Source of the DNA: Eledone cirrhosa
Lineage: Eukaryota
Direction: 5' to 3'
Assembly (NCBI GenBank): GCA_964016885.1
Contig: OZ024741.1
Span: 86,862,001-86,926,000, forward strand
DNA: 64,000 nt
The position numbers and the translations under genes are program-made. The notes beneath the pieces were generated by a model. That model worked only from the letters and a program-made list of their open reading frames with translations, had not been told where the DNA came from and searched no databases. Below, in pieces: positions 39,519 to 51,895 of the stretch. Position 1 is the stretch's first letter, and each line of letters opens with the position of its first letter.

Positions 39519-40092
39519 AGGGCGGTATCGGTAGTGAGTCGAGAACCATGCTTTGCAGCATAGAGTTATGGTCCTTTACGGTCTGAGTTCAAATCCCGCC
39601 GAGGTTAACTTTGCCTTTCATCCTTACGGGGTCGATAAAATAAAGTACCAGTCACGCACTGGGGTCAATTTAATCGACTTCCCCTGCCCCCAAATTACTG
39701 GCCTTGTGCCTATATAAGAAACCATTATTAATTTTCTGTGTAAGGGCGGTGGATTGGCAGTATCGGTAGAGGGTTGGACGCCATGCTTTCCAGCATAGTT
39801 ACGTCCCTTTACGATCTGAGTTCAAATCCCGCCGAGGTTGACTTTGCCTTTCATCCTTACGGGGTCGATAAAATAAAGTACCAGTAATGCACTGGGTAAT
39901 TGCTGGCCTTGCGCCTAAAGTAGAAACAATTATTAATTTTCTGTCAAAGGGCGGTGGATTAGCAGTATTGCTAGAGCTTCGGACAATATGCTTTGTAGCA
40001 TATAGTTACGGCCCTTTACATTCTTAGTTCAAATTCCACCGAGGTTAACTTTGATTTTCCTCCTTACGAAGTCGATAAAATAAAGTACCAGT
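39519..40092 (+). mobile_element. Three tandem Meta-like SINE copies
   Basis: Copies start at about 39519, 39743 and 39949, each preceded by ttaattttctg. Confidence 0.88.
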
Positions 40093-41320
40093 CGAATTTT
40101 CTGCGTTTAAATCAGAAATCATTATTACTCTTATACCACACAACACTCACGCCTAAACGTAGTGGAGAACTAACAGAATTTCATGGTCACAAACGCAATT
40201 CCTGTTCATTCTACTACTTGACAGATTGGATTTAGAGAGCTTTGATTGACTTGGACTGTCACTAGACACATTCAGGGAACCATGTGAGCCTTAACCTTTG
40301 TCGCAAATAGCATTACTTTTTTCACATTAATGCACGGACGTAGCGGAGAACTCACAACATTCTCTGCCTAATTACGTGATTATCCCCAACCAATGAAATT
40401 ATATGCTAAGCAGATAGAAATTTGAGCCGTGTTCTCTTCATAGAATACGAACATTTTAAAACTCCAGTCAGAGACGAGAAAGTTCCAAGTCTTTCCATCT
40501 CGTTTAATTTTTGAAAATCACGAATCTGTGAAACCGGTAAATAATTTGTTTTTAATCAAAAGATTTTAATTATTTATACATTTTTAAAAATTTGAATTCT
40601 TAAAAACTTCAAGTGCATTTTGAACTTCTTTTATTTATATTCTACCCGTGTGGAGTGATAAACATTTCTTATACATAATCACCCCAGAAGGAACGAAAAT
40701 GTCACTAAAGTCTGACCAAATGACAGCATATTGAACCAAAAGATTCTTTAATCTTAACCAATAAAATCAACCATTTTCAATTTCTTTTTTAATTATTTCT
40801 ACCCGCGTGGAATAACCCCCCCCCCCCACACACCTGTATATATATATAGTTCGCTTCCTAGCCACGTGGTTTTGGATCCAATATATAGCCTTGGGTTGGC
40901 CTATGTCTTATGAGTGAAATTTGGTGTGTGCGTTGGTGTCTATAGTTATGTTTATTGTTGGTTTGACTTGTAATTTAGCAGTTTGATAAAAAGATGAATA
41001 AAATAAGTGCTACACTTTAAAAAATCATTTCTGTGATCGAAGTGATCGATGAAATTCCTTCAAGGCGGTGTCTATGGCTGAAACCAGTAAATAAAATCTC
41101 CCCCTCTCTCTCTATCATCATCATCATCATCATCATCCTCATCATCGTTTTACATTCATCTTCCACGCTAGCATGGGTTTTGTTCCATTTGATGCGGGAA
41201 TGGTCGGGAAACAATGTCTCGCTCGTACGGAAGTGTATCTAGTACACACACACACACACACACACATATCAGAGTGTTGTAGTTTGCTTGAAGCATTGTT
41301 GAATAGGAAATATAAACTTA

Positions 41321-43721
41321 AATAATTTTGAAAATTATACAATCATGCATTAGAAAATTAAAAGTACCAAGATAACAATAGATTCTTATCGTAACAAATT
41401 TAATAATCCATTTAAAAATCCATTATCAAGGGAGTATCCTTGTGAGGGTCTTAAATGATCGATCGGAAATGAGTTGTTAGGAAGGTAGATTTACGTTAAA
41501 TGTAATGAAAAGACGTTAACATTTCGAGCGTGCGCGTTGTGAAATGTCTGGGATAGAGTGTATGATATATGCATGTGTGTGCGTGAATGTAAGTGTGCTT
41601 AGTGGGATTTATGTATGTGTGTGCATGAATGTAAGTTTATGCAGTGAAAGGCGTGTGCGAATCTTTACTATAATAAAGAAAGGACTGCGTCCAGAATATA
41701 TTTTTTTACTGTTTGTAAAATAAGTAGGATTACTTTGAATAAATAATGAATGAATATTGCATAATTTATGTAGTAAATTTCGTAACTCTTGATTAAATAT
41801 ATTTTATTGCTTATTTAAAGATTCATTTCTTTAAAATTTTCAAATGTCAACACTTCCGGTTATATTATAACACTTACAAAAACATCGCATATATTTCCGT
41901 CGCTAATTTTCTCCTAATGCAGTTTATATATAATATCGTATTTTTTAAATGTATCATGGATTACTTTACTGATTGCAGAAGAGAGTGTAACGCAGACTTC
42001 TGTGCATATTGTCAATTACGATTTTATTTTATGTATCATATCTACCTATGCTGCGTTCGGCAGCTAAGACTGTGGTGGTAATGTTGCTGTCCCGGTTTCC
42101 ACATTTGATGATGTGTTTGCAGAAGGAAGAGGAGTTGGTGTTAACATGTTCTTTAATACGGAGGTGTAACGGTCGAACAGTGGTATGTAGAATAGATTGC
42201 ACTTGTTACATTCTAGCCTGTATACTACCTGTACGTAGGCAAAAATTAGTGTTCTGGATAGGGCAATTGGCTAGGGTGGATCCGTTATCCTCTTTAGGGG
42301 ATTGCCTTGTGGAGAGGCATCTTCGCAAGGAAGGTCCAGAGTGAGCTAGTTTGATATTGAGGCCCTCTCTCCTGATGGCTTTGCATATGGCGTTGGTGGT
42401 TTCTTCACTGAGATGTGGGATATTGAAGAAGCAACTATTATTTGTGTTGGTCTGATCTCTGGGTTTGGAGTTTCGTCTTAGGGTGGAGAAGGAAGCTGGG
42501 TATCCATTAATCTCTAACACCTGTGGAATCGTCTGATATGGGTGGCTCTATTAGCAGCGTCGCTGCATCGGTTGCGTATGCAAGCCATTTCGTTGAAGAT
42601 ATACCCTCTTTTAGAGCTGTTGGGAGTGCAGATTTGTAATGCACAAATAGGTCCCTGTTGGCCGCTTTGCGGTACAAATCGATGTGGATTTCACCGCTAT
42701 CAGAAATGTTCAGTCTGAAATCAAGTAGAGCGGAGGACCCGAATTCGGTGGGATGTTCGATGCTGAACTTGATGTTATTGTCAGCATTGTTGAAAGATTC
42801 GAAAATCTTGTTGGCATTCTCCTTGGTGGATGTGAGGTTGAGTATATCATCCACATACCTAGTGAAGAAAACGCAGATGTTGCAGGAGCCGAGTACTCGG
42901 CGTTCTAGTCTGTTCATATACTAAATGGCTAGTAAACCCGATAGGCTGGATCCCTTGACAATGATGGATAGGAACTGGTGGATGTCGGTGGTGATGAGGC
43001 TGAAACAATCCAGGTCACTGAAACCGACACATTCAGTGAGTATGTCCACTGCCGGGAGTGTAGGTACCGATGTGTAGAGGGATACTACATCTCGGCTGGA
43101 GGCGTACCTGTTGGATTTAAGGGTGTCAAGTTCTAGTTGGTTGAGTCATAGGATGACTTCATTCGAACTATGGACGTGGCCCGGGAAGGTTGTCAACAGG
43201 GGCTTTAAAATCTTGGACAGAAGCCAAGAGATTTTAAAAGATGGTCCTTCAACACTGGAGACAATGGGTCTAATTTTCAGGTCGGTTCCTGCTGTTTCTC
43301 GTTATGTAATTGTACCGGAATCTCTTCGGGAGCCTTCGTCGGTCACAGATGTTGGTCCAGGTGGTGTTGATCCGGTTCTTTATCAGCGCGGGTGTAATTT
43401 CAGTGACTTCCTAGTAGAGACTGTCGTCGTTACATTCATGCACACACATACATACATCCCACTAAGCAGACTTACATTCACGTACACACATGTATATATC
43501 ATACACTTTTTCCGAGACATTACACAACGCGCACGTTCGAAATTTTAACTTCTTTTCATTACATTTAACATAAATCTGCCTTCCTAACGAATCATCTCTG
43601 ATCTTTGATAATGGGTTTTTAAACCCGAAAATATTTGGGATTATTAAATTTGTTACGGTAAGATTCTACTGTTATCTTGGCACTTTTAATTTTCTAATGC
43701 ATTATATGGTTTTCAAAATTA
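41321..43721 (-). mobile_element. Older Penelope-like element with diverged inverted pLTRs
   Basis: FFTRYVDDIL...LYRKAANRDLFVHYKSALP indicates the same group as 36768. 41321-41634 is a diverged reverse complement of 43430-43721. Confidence 0.85.
41661..41900 (+). repeat. Helitron-like non-autonomous insert; an inverted copy is at about 62210-62440
   Basis: Starts TCTTTACTATAATAAAG and shares ggattactttgaataaataatgaatgaatatt with the reverse complement of 62340-62370. Confidence 0.55.
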
Positions 43722-43908
43722 GGGCGGCGGATTGGCAGTATCGGTAGAGGGTCGGACGCCATGCTTTGCAGCATAGAGTTACGGCCCTTTATGATCTGAG
43801 TTCAAATCCCGCCGAGGTTAAATTTGCCTTTCATCCTTACGGGGTTGATAAAATAAAGTACCAGTAATGCACTGGGTAATTGCTGGCCTTGCGCCAAAAG
43901 TAGAAACA
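43722..43908 (+). mobile_element. Full-length Meta-like SINE with a 21-bp target-site duplication
   Basis: attatatggttttcaaaatta occurs at 43701-43721 and 43909-43929. A-box-like TGGCAGTATCGG and B-box GTTCAAATCC are present. Confidence 0.92.
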
Positions 43909-43938
43909 ATTATATGGTTTTCAAAATTATTCAAATAT

Positions 43939-44513
43939 GAACAAAGTCTGATTCACCGTCTTGGGTCTTATTCCCCTCTTGGACTCAACTCACCTCCCCA
44001 ATTTCTCTAATACCCCGTCCATTATCACACCCCTAGATTCCTATCGCTTTCTCTTTGCTCATAGCTTCGTACTTACATGCATGCACACTCTTTTACTCAC
44101 ATATACACACATATCTCTTAGTTTCGTACGGACCTATAACACACACACACACACTCATGCTTACGCACATGCTCAAGTATAGCTCTTTTTACAAAACTTT
44201 TTTTTTCCATTTCAGGTAGACGCGCGCCATCATCCACTTTTCTAAAAAACAAATCATACACAAAACGCCAGCACCAACAGTTTTGCAAGAGATGTCAACA
44301 TGAATGGACCTATTATTTTTATCTAAAGACATTTTTTCCAATTCCATCTCGCCCGTCCCCTTAATCTATTTTATTTCTCATTCTTTCTTCTGATGAAGGA
44401 CTAATGTCCGAAACGTTAAGACCCTCTTCCTGCTATATCAAGCGTTAACCTAATATATACCTTCCATATACTGTACCGATTGTGTTGTTATTTCTGTTTA
44501 CATTTTACATACA

Positions 44514-44520
<7 letters not shown>
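43939..44520 (+). mobile_element. Penelope-like 3' end (ORF terminus + pLTR)
   Basis: EQSLIHRLGSYSPLGLNSPPQFL* resembles the C-terminus of the element at 78. It contains an HHR and ends in (TA)n. Confidence 0.75.
44386..44421 (+). ncRNA. Minimal type I hammerhead ribozyme
   Basis: TCTT-CTGATGA-aGGAC taat GTCC-GAAACGTT-AAGA, with predicted GUU cleavage after 44417. Confidence 0.85.
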
Positions 44521-44567
<47 letters not shown>

Positions 44568-44603
44568 AATATGTTTTGAAACAGTGAGCAGGTTTGAAAT
44601 TAG

Positions 44604-44649
44604 AAAATAGAATAGCTTTCACCGTATAGCGGTGAAAGCTATTCTATTT

Positions 44650-44650
<1 letters not shown>
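44604..44650. repeat. Perfect palindrome, 21-bp arms
   Basis: aaaatagaatagctttcaccg-tatag-cggtgaaagctattctatttt. Confidence 0.9.
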
Positions 44651-44712
<62 letters not shown>

Positions 44713-44783
44713 GAATATATATATATATATATATGTATATATGATATTAAATAAATGGAAACTATATTTATAAAACCATATTT

Positions 44784-44847
44784 ATTTCATTATATATATT
44801 TCAGGGATATCATATTAACAATATGTTATGCCTTCTTCAGACAAAAT
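44784..44847 (-). ncRNA. Type I hammerhead motif (same family as 58897 and 59421)
   Basis: Minus strand: ATTTTGT-CTGAAGA-AGG..CCT-GAAATATATATA-ATGAAAT. Stem I has two G-U pairs. Confidence 0.65.
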
Positions 44848-44986
44848 ACAATATAAACAGTCTTATAAATAAATAGATACGACATACCTTTCAATCGACT
44901 TGCATTTGGGAAGTTGATTTGTTAACCCAACAATTTAAATATAACTTTCCATATATATGTATATATATATATATATATATAAAATA

Positions 44987-45022
<36 letters not shown>

Positions 45023-45046
45023 TAATTTATATATATATATATATTC

Positions 45047-45166
<120 letters not shown>

Positions 45167-45206
45167 GTATAGCTTTCACCGCTATACGGTGATTAAGGGG
45201 ACGGGC

Positions 45207-45263
<57 letters not shown>

Positions 45264-45307
45264 GCGATAAACAGAGAAAGAGAATAAACAAATGTACAGA
45301 AAATTAC

Positions 45308-45492
45308 CTGAACAAACTTTAGTTTTTAGTTTTGGGAGAAGATCTGTCCAAAATCCACATCTATTATTCATATAATTCTCCTTAGTTTCCAGGTTTGGTT
45401 TGGCGTCGATTACAAGATATTTCGATCTTTTGGGTGTGAACTTGGACCATGGATCATTGGAACAGTCTGAACAATTACCATTATTAGGATTA
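45308..45492 (-). CDS. Cholinesterase-like gene, second coding exon
   Basis: ttttctcaAG acceptor and GTAATT donor. Continues SG|NPN...PWSKFT...YLVID...[12 protein letters not shown], matching the cholinesterase C-terminal pattern; phases 2 and 1 are consistent. Confidence 0.92.
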
Positions 45493-45886
45493 CTTGAGAA
45501 AATAAAAAACAACAACAAAATTGTATATTTGCGCTCCTTTGTGTACTTTGTTTAAATTATACTGAGATTAACTTCACGTCTCGTTTTTCCCCGGGAACGA
45601 TTAAATATAATACACTTCAAGTACTAGGATCGATTTAATCTACTATACACTCATCTAAAATATTTGCCTCTACTAATGGCAGGTAGGTCTACTTGAACAA
45701 AGAACCTTTGGTGTTACAAACATTAGGACCAAGTGATCTACAAATTACACACTGAATGTTTTAAAAAAATGAAGGTCATGTTATATAATGCAATTCTTCA
45801 TATGCAGTGTTTGAAAGAAAGAATGGTAACAAATAGAACTGGTCTCAAGGCTAAATCTTGATATTATATATATATATATATAATAT

Positions 45887-45992
45887 GAAGGCGTGTGGCC
45901 GAGTGGATTCCTAATCGTGAGGTTGTAAGTTCGATTCCCGGACCGGGCGATGCGTTATGTCCTTGAGCAAGACACTTTATTTCACGTTGCTC
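45887..45992 (+). mobile_element. tRNA-derived SINE (second family), 5' half
   Basis: TGGCCGAGTGG A box, GTTCGATTCCC B box, then gtccttgagcaagacactt. Confidence 0.8.
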
Positions 45993-46093
45993 CTTCTACC
46001 TGGAGTTGCGACCGATAGAGAGTACTAGCAATTGGAAAGACCAACGGAAACATTGTTTCCTCGGTCCGATTTGACGAAAGTCGATCGACTAAA

Positions 46094-46127
<34 letters not shown>

Positions 46128-46370
46128 TATTCGTAAAATTTGCGTATTCTCGGTGCGAAAGGTAGCCGTTACTAGCTACTATTTGCATAGTAACATTTTC
46201 GGGTTAAGATATAACCACAAATCGAACGAAGAGCGTGACAGAGAGAGCGAGGGAGAGAGAATAAGAAATGAGGGGGTTTGAGAGAGAGAGATGGAGAGAA
46301 TGAGAAATGAGGGAGTTATATAGAGAGAGAGAGAGTAAGAGGAGAAAATGGACCAGAACGATGGGGAGAT

Positions 46371-46425
<55 letters not shown>

Positions 46426-46949
46426 AACTTTAAAACAATTCTGTTGAGAACTTAATTCGTTTTGTGATATTCTGCAATTTTGCAATAATAATACACTTAC
46501 TGAATTCATCCGCCAAAATAAGGGTTGCCTCCCTTGTCGAGCCCCACGTGGGTATTGGTAACGGTCAATCCTTAGCCTGGCACTTGAACTAAAAGCCTGT
46601 TGAGAAAGTGACGTCCTTGTTCAATCATCTTACCAAAAGCTTAACATTATTTGTCTAAGCGGACAGTACTTGATTTAGGAGTCGCAGAAACCCAAATGCT
46701 GGATTTTCACCAACCATCCAGTGGTCCGGGTAAATTTTTCAATCATATTTTTCTTATTTTGTTTGACCCGAATTACTTGGTCGTTTCTATGGCTTTGCGG
46801 ATAATGGTTTAACCATCGTCTCAGTGTGTTTGGCTTTTTAACGTATGTTGTAGCTCTGGTTCGTTAGAATCTATTGAGCGCTTGCCACACATCTCGGAAG
46901 TTGTTTTTCGCTAATTTCCAATAGCCGAAATACGATTCTCGCTAATTTA

Positions 46950-47017
<68 letters not shown>

Positions 47018-47472
47018 CATACATACATACACACACGCTTCGTTTTGTATTTGTTTTGTAAGGTTTCTCATCTGAAAACGTGTGTTGAAACAGATATTGT
47101 TATACTTTGGGAGGGTCATGTTGCCAATAAAAACACACGCACCTTGATTTTCACTTCGTTTTATTATAAACTCCCAGTTGGTTAGTTTAATAACCGGGTA
47201 GCTGTTTATTTGTTTATTGTCAAAGCTTTTCCCTCACACGTTCTGTGACCCCCTCAGTGACTAATTTGTTATTTTGTGTCTCTTCTTTGTTCTGACCTAC
47301 AACGTCTTGTTTTTGAGAGCAAGCATACGTGTAAGAATTAGTGGATGGATGAGAAGATGCACTGTGAATACGCCTTTCTGTATATCTATGGAGGTTAAGA
47401 AAGACAGAAGGAAAAAAGAAAGAATAAAAGAAAAAGAAATAAAAGAGGATAAAGAAACGACAAAAAACTTAC

Positions 47473-48962
47473 CCAGATTTAGAAAAATTTGTAAAAAAAC
47501 TTGTCACCTTTTTTGTCAGTAAAATGTCTTCTTCTGAATAATTTCCTCCAGATAAAACTCTCGTAAACACAAATGCAATATCATACCCATGCATTATACC
47601 GAACCACTTCGGCCACGGATTTAATTTCGAATAAAATTCGAAAGAATACATATAGACGTTGGAATGGGTGCTAAATTTCTGGGCAAATTCAATAGAAGGA
47701 CATACAAATTTAGTATCTGCAACCACTTGGTCTAAAGTGTATCTATATTTTTCAGTTTCAGAAGAGGGGTACACACGAGAACCATAAAGATAAGAGATGG
47801 AATCCACTTGTAGAGAATTGAGAGGCATTGGCTCAAGTACTTTTTTTATTAACTTCTGTCCGGTAGGTTTATTTATTGGAACAGTCCCATTAGAAAGGAA
47901 ATATTTTCCGTATGCCAGAAAGAGAAAAGAATACCCTTCATTTTTAACAAAACCAACTAACACATCCTTTTTCATGCTTTTATTTTGTAGAATTTCGTTT
48001 GGTTTCTCTGTTAAGAAATAGTTGTCTATAACTGGACAGAAAGTAAATTTTAGGAAGGTACTTAGATTATAAAATTGTGCGATTGCTAATTTTTCGGCAT
48101 CAGCTTTAAGAAAGCAATCTAACATCTTCTTAGTGTTTCCAGTTGAACATTTCAAATAAGCAGCCATCTCTTTTGCTCTTGCAATGTTCCTGTCTATAGG
48201 AACGACAGCCCAGTCAGTGGTAGATGTCCCACTCATCATAATAGCGTTCTTGAAAAGGTCGCGAGAAATTGGAGATATGACATGTAAACTAACAGATGCT
48301 CCACCAGCACTCTGTCCAAACAATGTCAACTTATTAGGGTCACCACCGAATAATGCAATGTTATTACGGATCCACTTTATAGCAAGACTTTGATCTAGCA
48401 ATCCCATGTTACCAGGAGCCTGTTCATTATTTAAAGAAAGAAAACCAAATGGCCCTAATCTATAATTAAGTGATGCGACGATAATATTTTCACTGGCCGC
48501 TAACCATCGTCCATCGTATATGTTCATCGTGCTTGAACCAGAAATAAACGAACCTCCATGTATCCAAATCATTGTGGTTAAATTTAAATTCGACTTTCTT
48601 GCTTCTGCTGGTGCCCAAATGTTCAAATAAAGACAGTCTTCGCTTACGTTAGTATTTAGTTTGAATAAACCCGCTCCATCAATGTTGTCATATTTATTGC
48701 TGACAATTTGAGTACACGACGAAACATATTCCTTGGTGTCTTTTGTGTTATTCCAGGGCTGAATTTCTTCAGGTCTTCTGAATCTTAGATTACCAATAGG
48801 AGGTTTAGCATATGGTATTCCCAGAAAGACATCTAGGTCAATACCCTCAACAGAAATTGTTTGTCCTTTAATTTTTCCAGTGAGAGTCTTAATTATCGGG
48901 TCTTCTGCATAGACACAAAAGTTTAAAAGAGAAACGATGAAAAAATATTTCAGTGCTTCCAT
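47473..48962 (-). CDS. Acetylcholinesterase/cholinesterase-like carboxylesterase, first (main) coding exon
   Basis: Signal peptide, then FLGIPYAKPP, SEDCLYLNIW, WIHGGSF, NYRLGPFGFL, FGQSAG (Ser), NEG (Glu) and HGYDI (His). GTAAGT donor at 47472, and a 5'UTR acceptor just above 48992. Spliced CDS is 1779 nt = 592 aa. Confidence 0.95.
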
Positions 48963-49294
48963 GATATGATTAAGTGAACTGTTGAAGAAATGCTAAATAA
49001 AGAAAAAGAAAAAAAAAGAAAATATTTTAATAACGCATTTGAGTCTCAGTGAAAGGGATCTATATAAGAATGTTGGCGGTATCACACAAAAAGTAGTAAA
49101 TTGGGGACCAACAGTAGAATTTTAGGGGTCCATAAAAATTTTGCTTTCAAAGAAAATATTTTAAGCCTTAGAATAACCTAACTGTTGAAGAAATGCTGAA
49201 GAAAAAAAAAGTCATTTTAATAGCATATTTCATTGGGTCTTTGAGCAAGACAACTTTAATTATTCATCTTTAAGTATCACATTATAAAACACGT

Positions 49295-49478
49295 GGATTG
49301 GCAGTATCGGTAGAGGGTCTGACGCCATACTTTGCAGTATAGAATTACGTCCCTTTACAGTCAGAGTTCAAATCTCGCTGAGGTTAACTTTGCCTTTCAT
49401 CCTTAAGGGGTCGATAAAATAAAGCACCAGTAATACACTGGGATAAATGCTGGTCTTGTGCCAAAAGTAGAAACAATT

Positions 49479-49479
<1 letters not shown>
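49295..49479 (+). mobile_element. Meta-like SINE copy
   Basis: Matches the family consensus seen elsewhere in the window. Confidence 0.85.
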
Positions 49480-49524
<45 letters not shown>

Positions 49525-49662
49525 TTTTTGAGCATATGTTGGTTGATATGATTCCAGTTCCTCAGTGAAATAACAACCCAACCAGGAACTGGGCATATCA
49601 GAGTATTGGCAAAATTATACACCTCAACAACATATGTACTTGTCTATACCACACTAATTCGG

Positions 49663-49717
49663 ACTGCCTGAAGAGGTCACAGCCAAAGATGGCTGTCACC
49701 GAAATATATATAGCAGT
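49663..49717 (+). ncRNA. Type I hammerhead ribozyme
   Basis: ACTGC-CTGAAGA-GGTcACAGCCA aaga TGGCTGTcACC-GAAATATATATA-GCAGT, followed by AATAAA. Confidence 0.85.
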
Positions 49718-49762
49718 AATAAACGAAGCTAAATTTTAAACATTTGACTTTTTATTTTACTT

Positions 49763-49836
<74 letters not shown>

Positions 49837-49995
49837 TCATCATCATCATCATCGTTTAACGTCCATCTTCCACGCTAGCATGGGATAGATGGTTTTGTTC
49901 CATCTGGTGCGGGAATGGTCGGGAATCCGTGTCTCTGTATATATATATAGTTATAGGAATAACCAAAGAGTGCTTAGAAATACATTGCTTTATTA

Positions 49996-50040
49996 GCTAA
50001 CAGTGTTTCATCCATACACCATGGCAGGAATCCTCAGAGC
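49996..50040 (-). ncRNA. Type I hammerhead motif
   Basis: Minus strand: GCT-CTGAGGA-tTCC..GGAt-GAAACACTGTT-AGC, followed by AATAAA. Confidence 0.7.
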
Positions 50041-50218
50041 CTATACACATGAGTATATCAGTAGTTGCATGCTCCATCGAGCTGCGCCACCAGAACAAGG
50101 TTAAATGACCAGCAGGGGGGTCCCGAGGCTAGCGCTATATGGAAAAAGACAGAATACATGATGCACATAATGTCATAAAATGTCTTAAAAATTTAAATTA
50201 AAAAATTAAAAATTACAG

Positions 50219-50249
<31 letters not shown>

Positions 50250-50295
50250 TATAGAGAGAGATTACAGTAATCAAAGTTCAGTTTAAGTCATTTAT

Positions 50296-50344
50296 TTGCT
50301 TACAATTGTTTCCTCCAAACCGAGGTTTGGATTCTTCGGAGCAA
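50296..50344 (-). ncRNA. Hammerhead motif in the 3' pLTR, non-canonical CCGAAGA core
   Basis: Minus strand: TTGCT-CCGAAGA-aTCCAAAC ctcg GTTTGGAg-GAAACAATTGTA-AGCAA. Confidence 0.75.
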
Positions 50345-51895
50345 CTATTTATAACATACTTGACCTCCTTTTCAACCCAAGAGACACATAAAACATATGC
50401 GCATATTGATCAACAGTGGGGTGACATTCATCAAATGAAATAGCATGGCAATTTACATATAAAGTGTTACATGATAAAAATAAAGTGTTACATGATAAAA
50501 ATAAAATAAAATAAAAGCAAGAGTGAAAATAAAGATAAACATGAAGCGTTGGCAGTCTATGAAGATAAAGCAAGAGGAAAGCTTAGAGTAGTCAGTGCAT
50601 GAAGCAATCTCCCGTGTAGCATACACGCTTGTCTTATCTATACATGATTAGAGTGCGTCAGAATGATATTTGCAGGGTCAGGCAGTTGAAGCAGGCAATC
50701 GATCTTATAATATAGGCTGAATTATTAAGTCATTTATTCTCATACATCTGTATGATATACAGTCTCGGATGCGGGGAAACACCAAAATATCAAAAACCTT
50801 CAACATACTATAAACCCTATTGTATCGTAGGCAAGGTCGTACCACTGTCCTTGCTCACACCACCACTCACATAATCCATGAGACGCAATATATATATAGA
50901 GAACATGCGTCTATCGTATAATTCGCAGTGTTTCAGCATATAGTCAAGCTATAAACGGTATCCAGTCGGTTCTTAATTAACATATCATGCTGTCCAAATT
51001 CCGGAAGTGCCTGAATGATTAAGGGGAACTAATGCGTAAGGGGAGGTAACTAGCTAGTTATTTGAGTTACATTACTATGCTAAACTACATTAATGGTGAT
51101 TCAAATAGGTGCCTATCATGTGAAGTTATAACTAATATCTAGAGTATGGTACCCATTTATAAGTTAGAGAGTTGTTCATTAAGAAGTACAAGGGTGTATA
51201 TACTAGGATGATTGCCAACCAATAATTAAGGGGTGTCATTCCTGAACGTTCTATAAGAGGAGTCGGACTCTCAAGTCACTGCTCAATGCAAATGTAATAC
51301 AACAGTAGGACCTGGTATGGTCCCACTATTATATATGTCACCCGGTATGCTCCGGGTCATTGCTTGCCTGCATCTCCAGTAAATCTTCGGTATGGTCCGG
51401 AGATCCGATCTCTCACATAAACGCACTAGTCTGGCCATCAGGTAATAGACAACCCTCTTCTCAAATATAAATCAATTATGTATCACATCTCCAAGCTAGA
51501 GTGGAGTCTATTAATAGGTATTAAAGGAGTCCACATCAAGGTGATTACGTGCATAATTCAATGAACTGATCGCTTACAGTATATACCCACTTAACAATAC
51601 GATTATCAATCTAATCATCAATCTATCTCTTGGTGGTAATCCATGCACAGGACTATGCTATCACAACCAGTACCGTGTCCCCATTTTATACTAATCTTAT
51701 ATTTGTGCAATGCAGAATAAGTAGTCCACGGTCGGTATATCGGTATTAGAGGTACAAGGGGGTATTCCCAGGGTAGGTGGCACTCAAATGCTGTCAGTAT
51801 TATCTTTAGAGTATAGAGATGGGTGTGGATGTGAGGTGTAAGGTGTGCTACTGATGTTAATTGCTAGGGGTGGTGCCGGTTCCAGTCTGACATTA

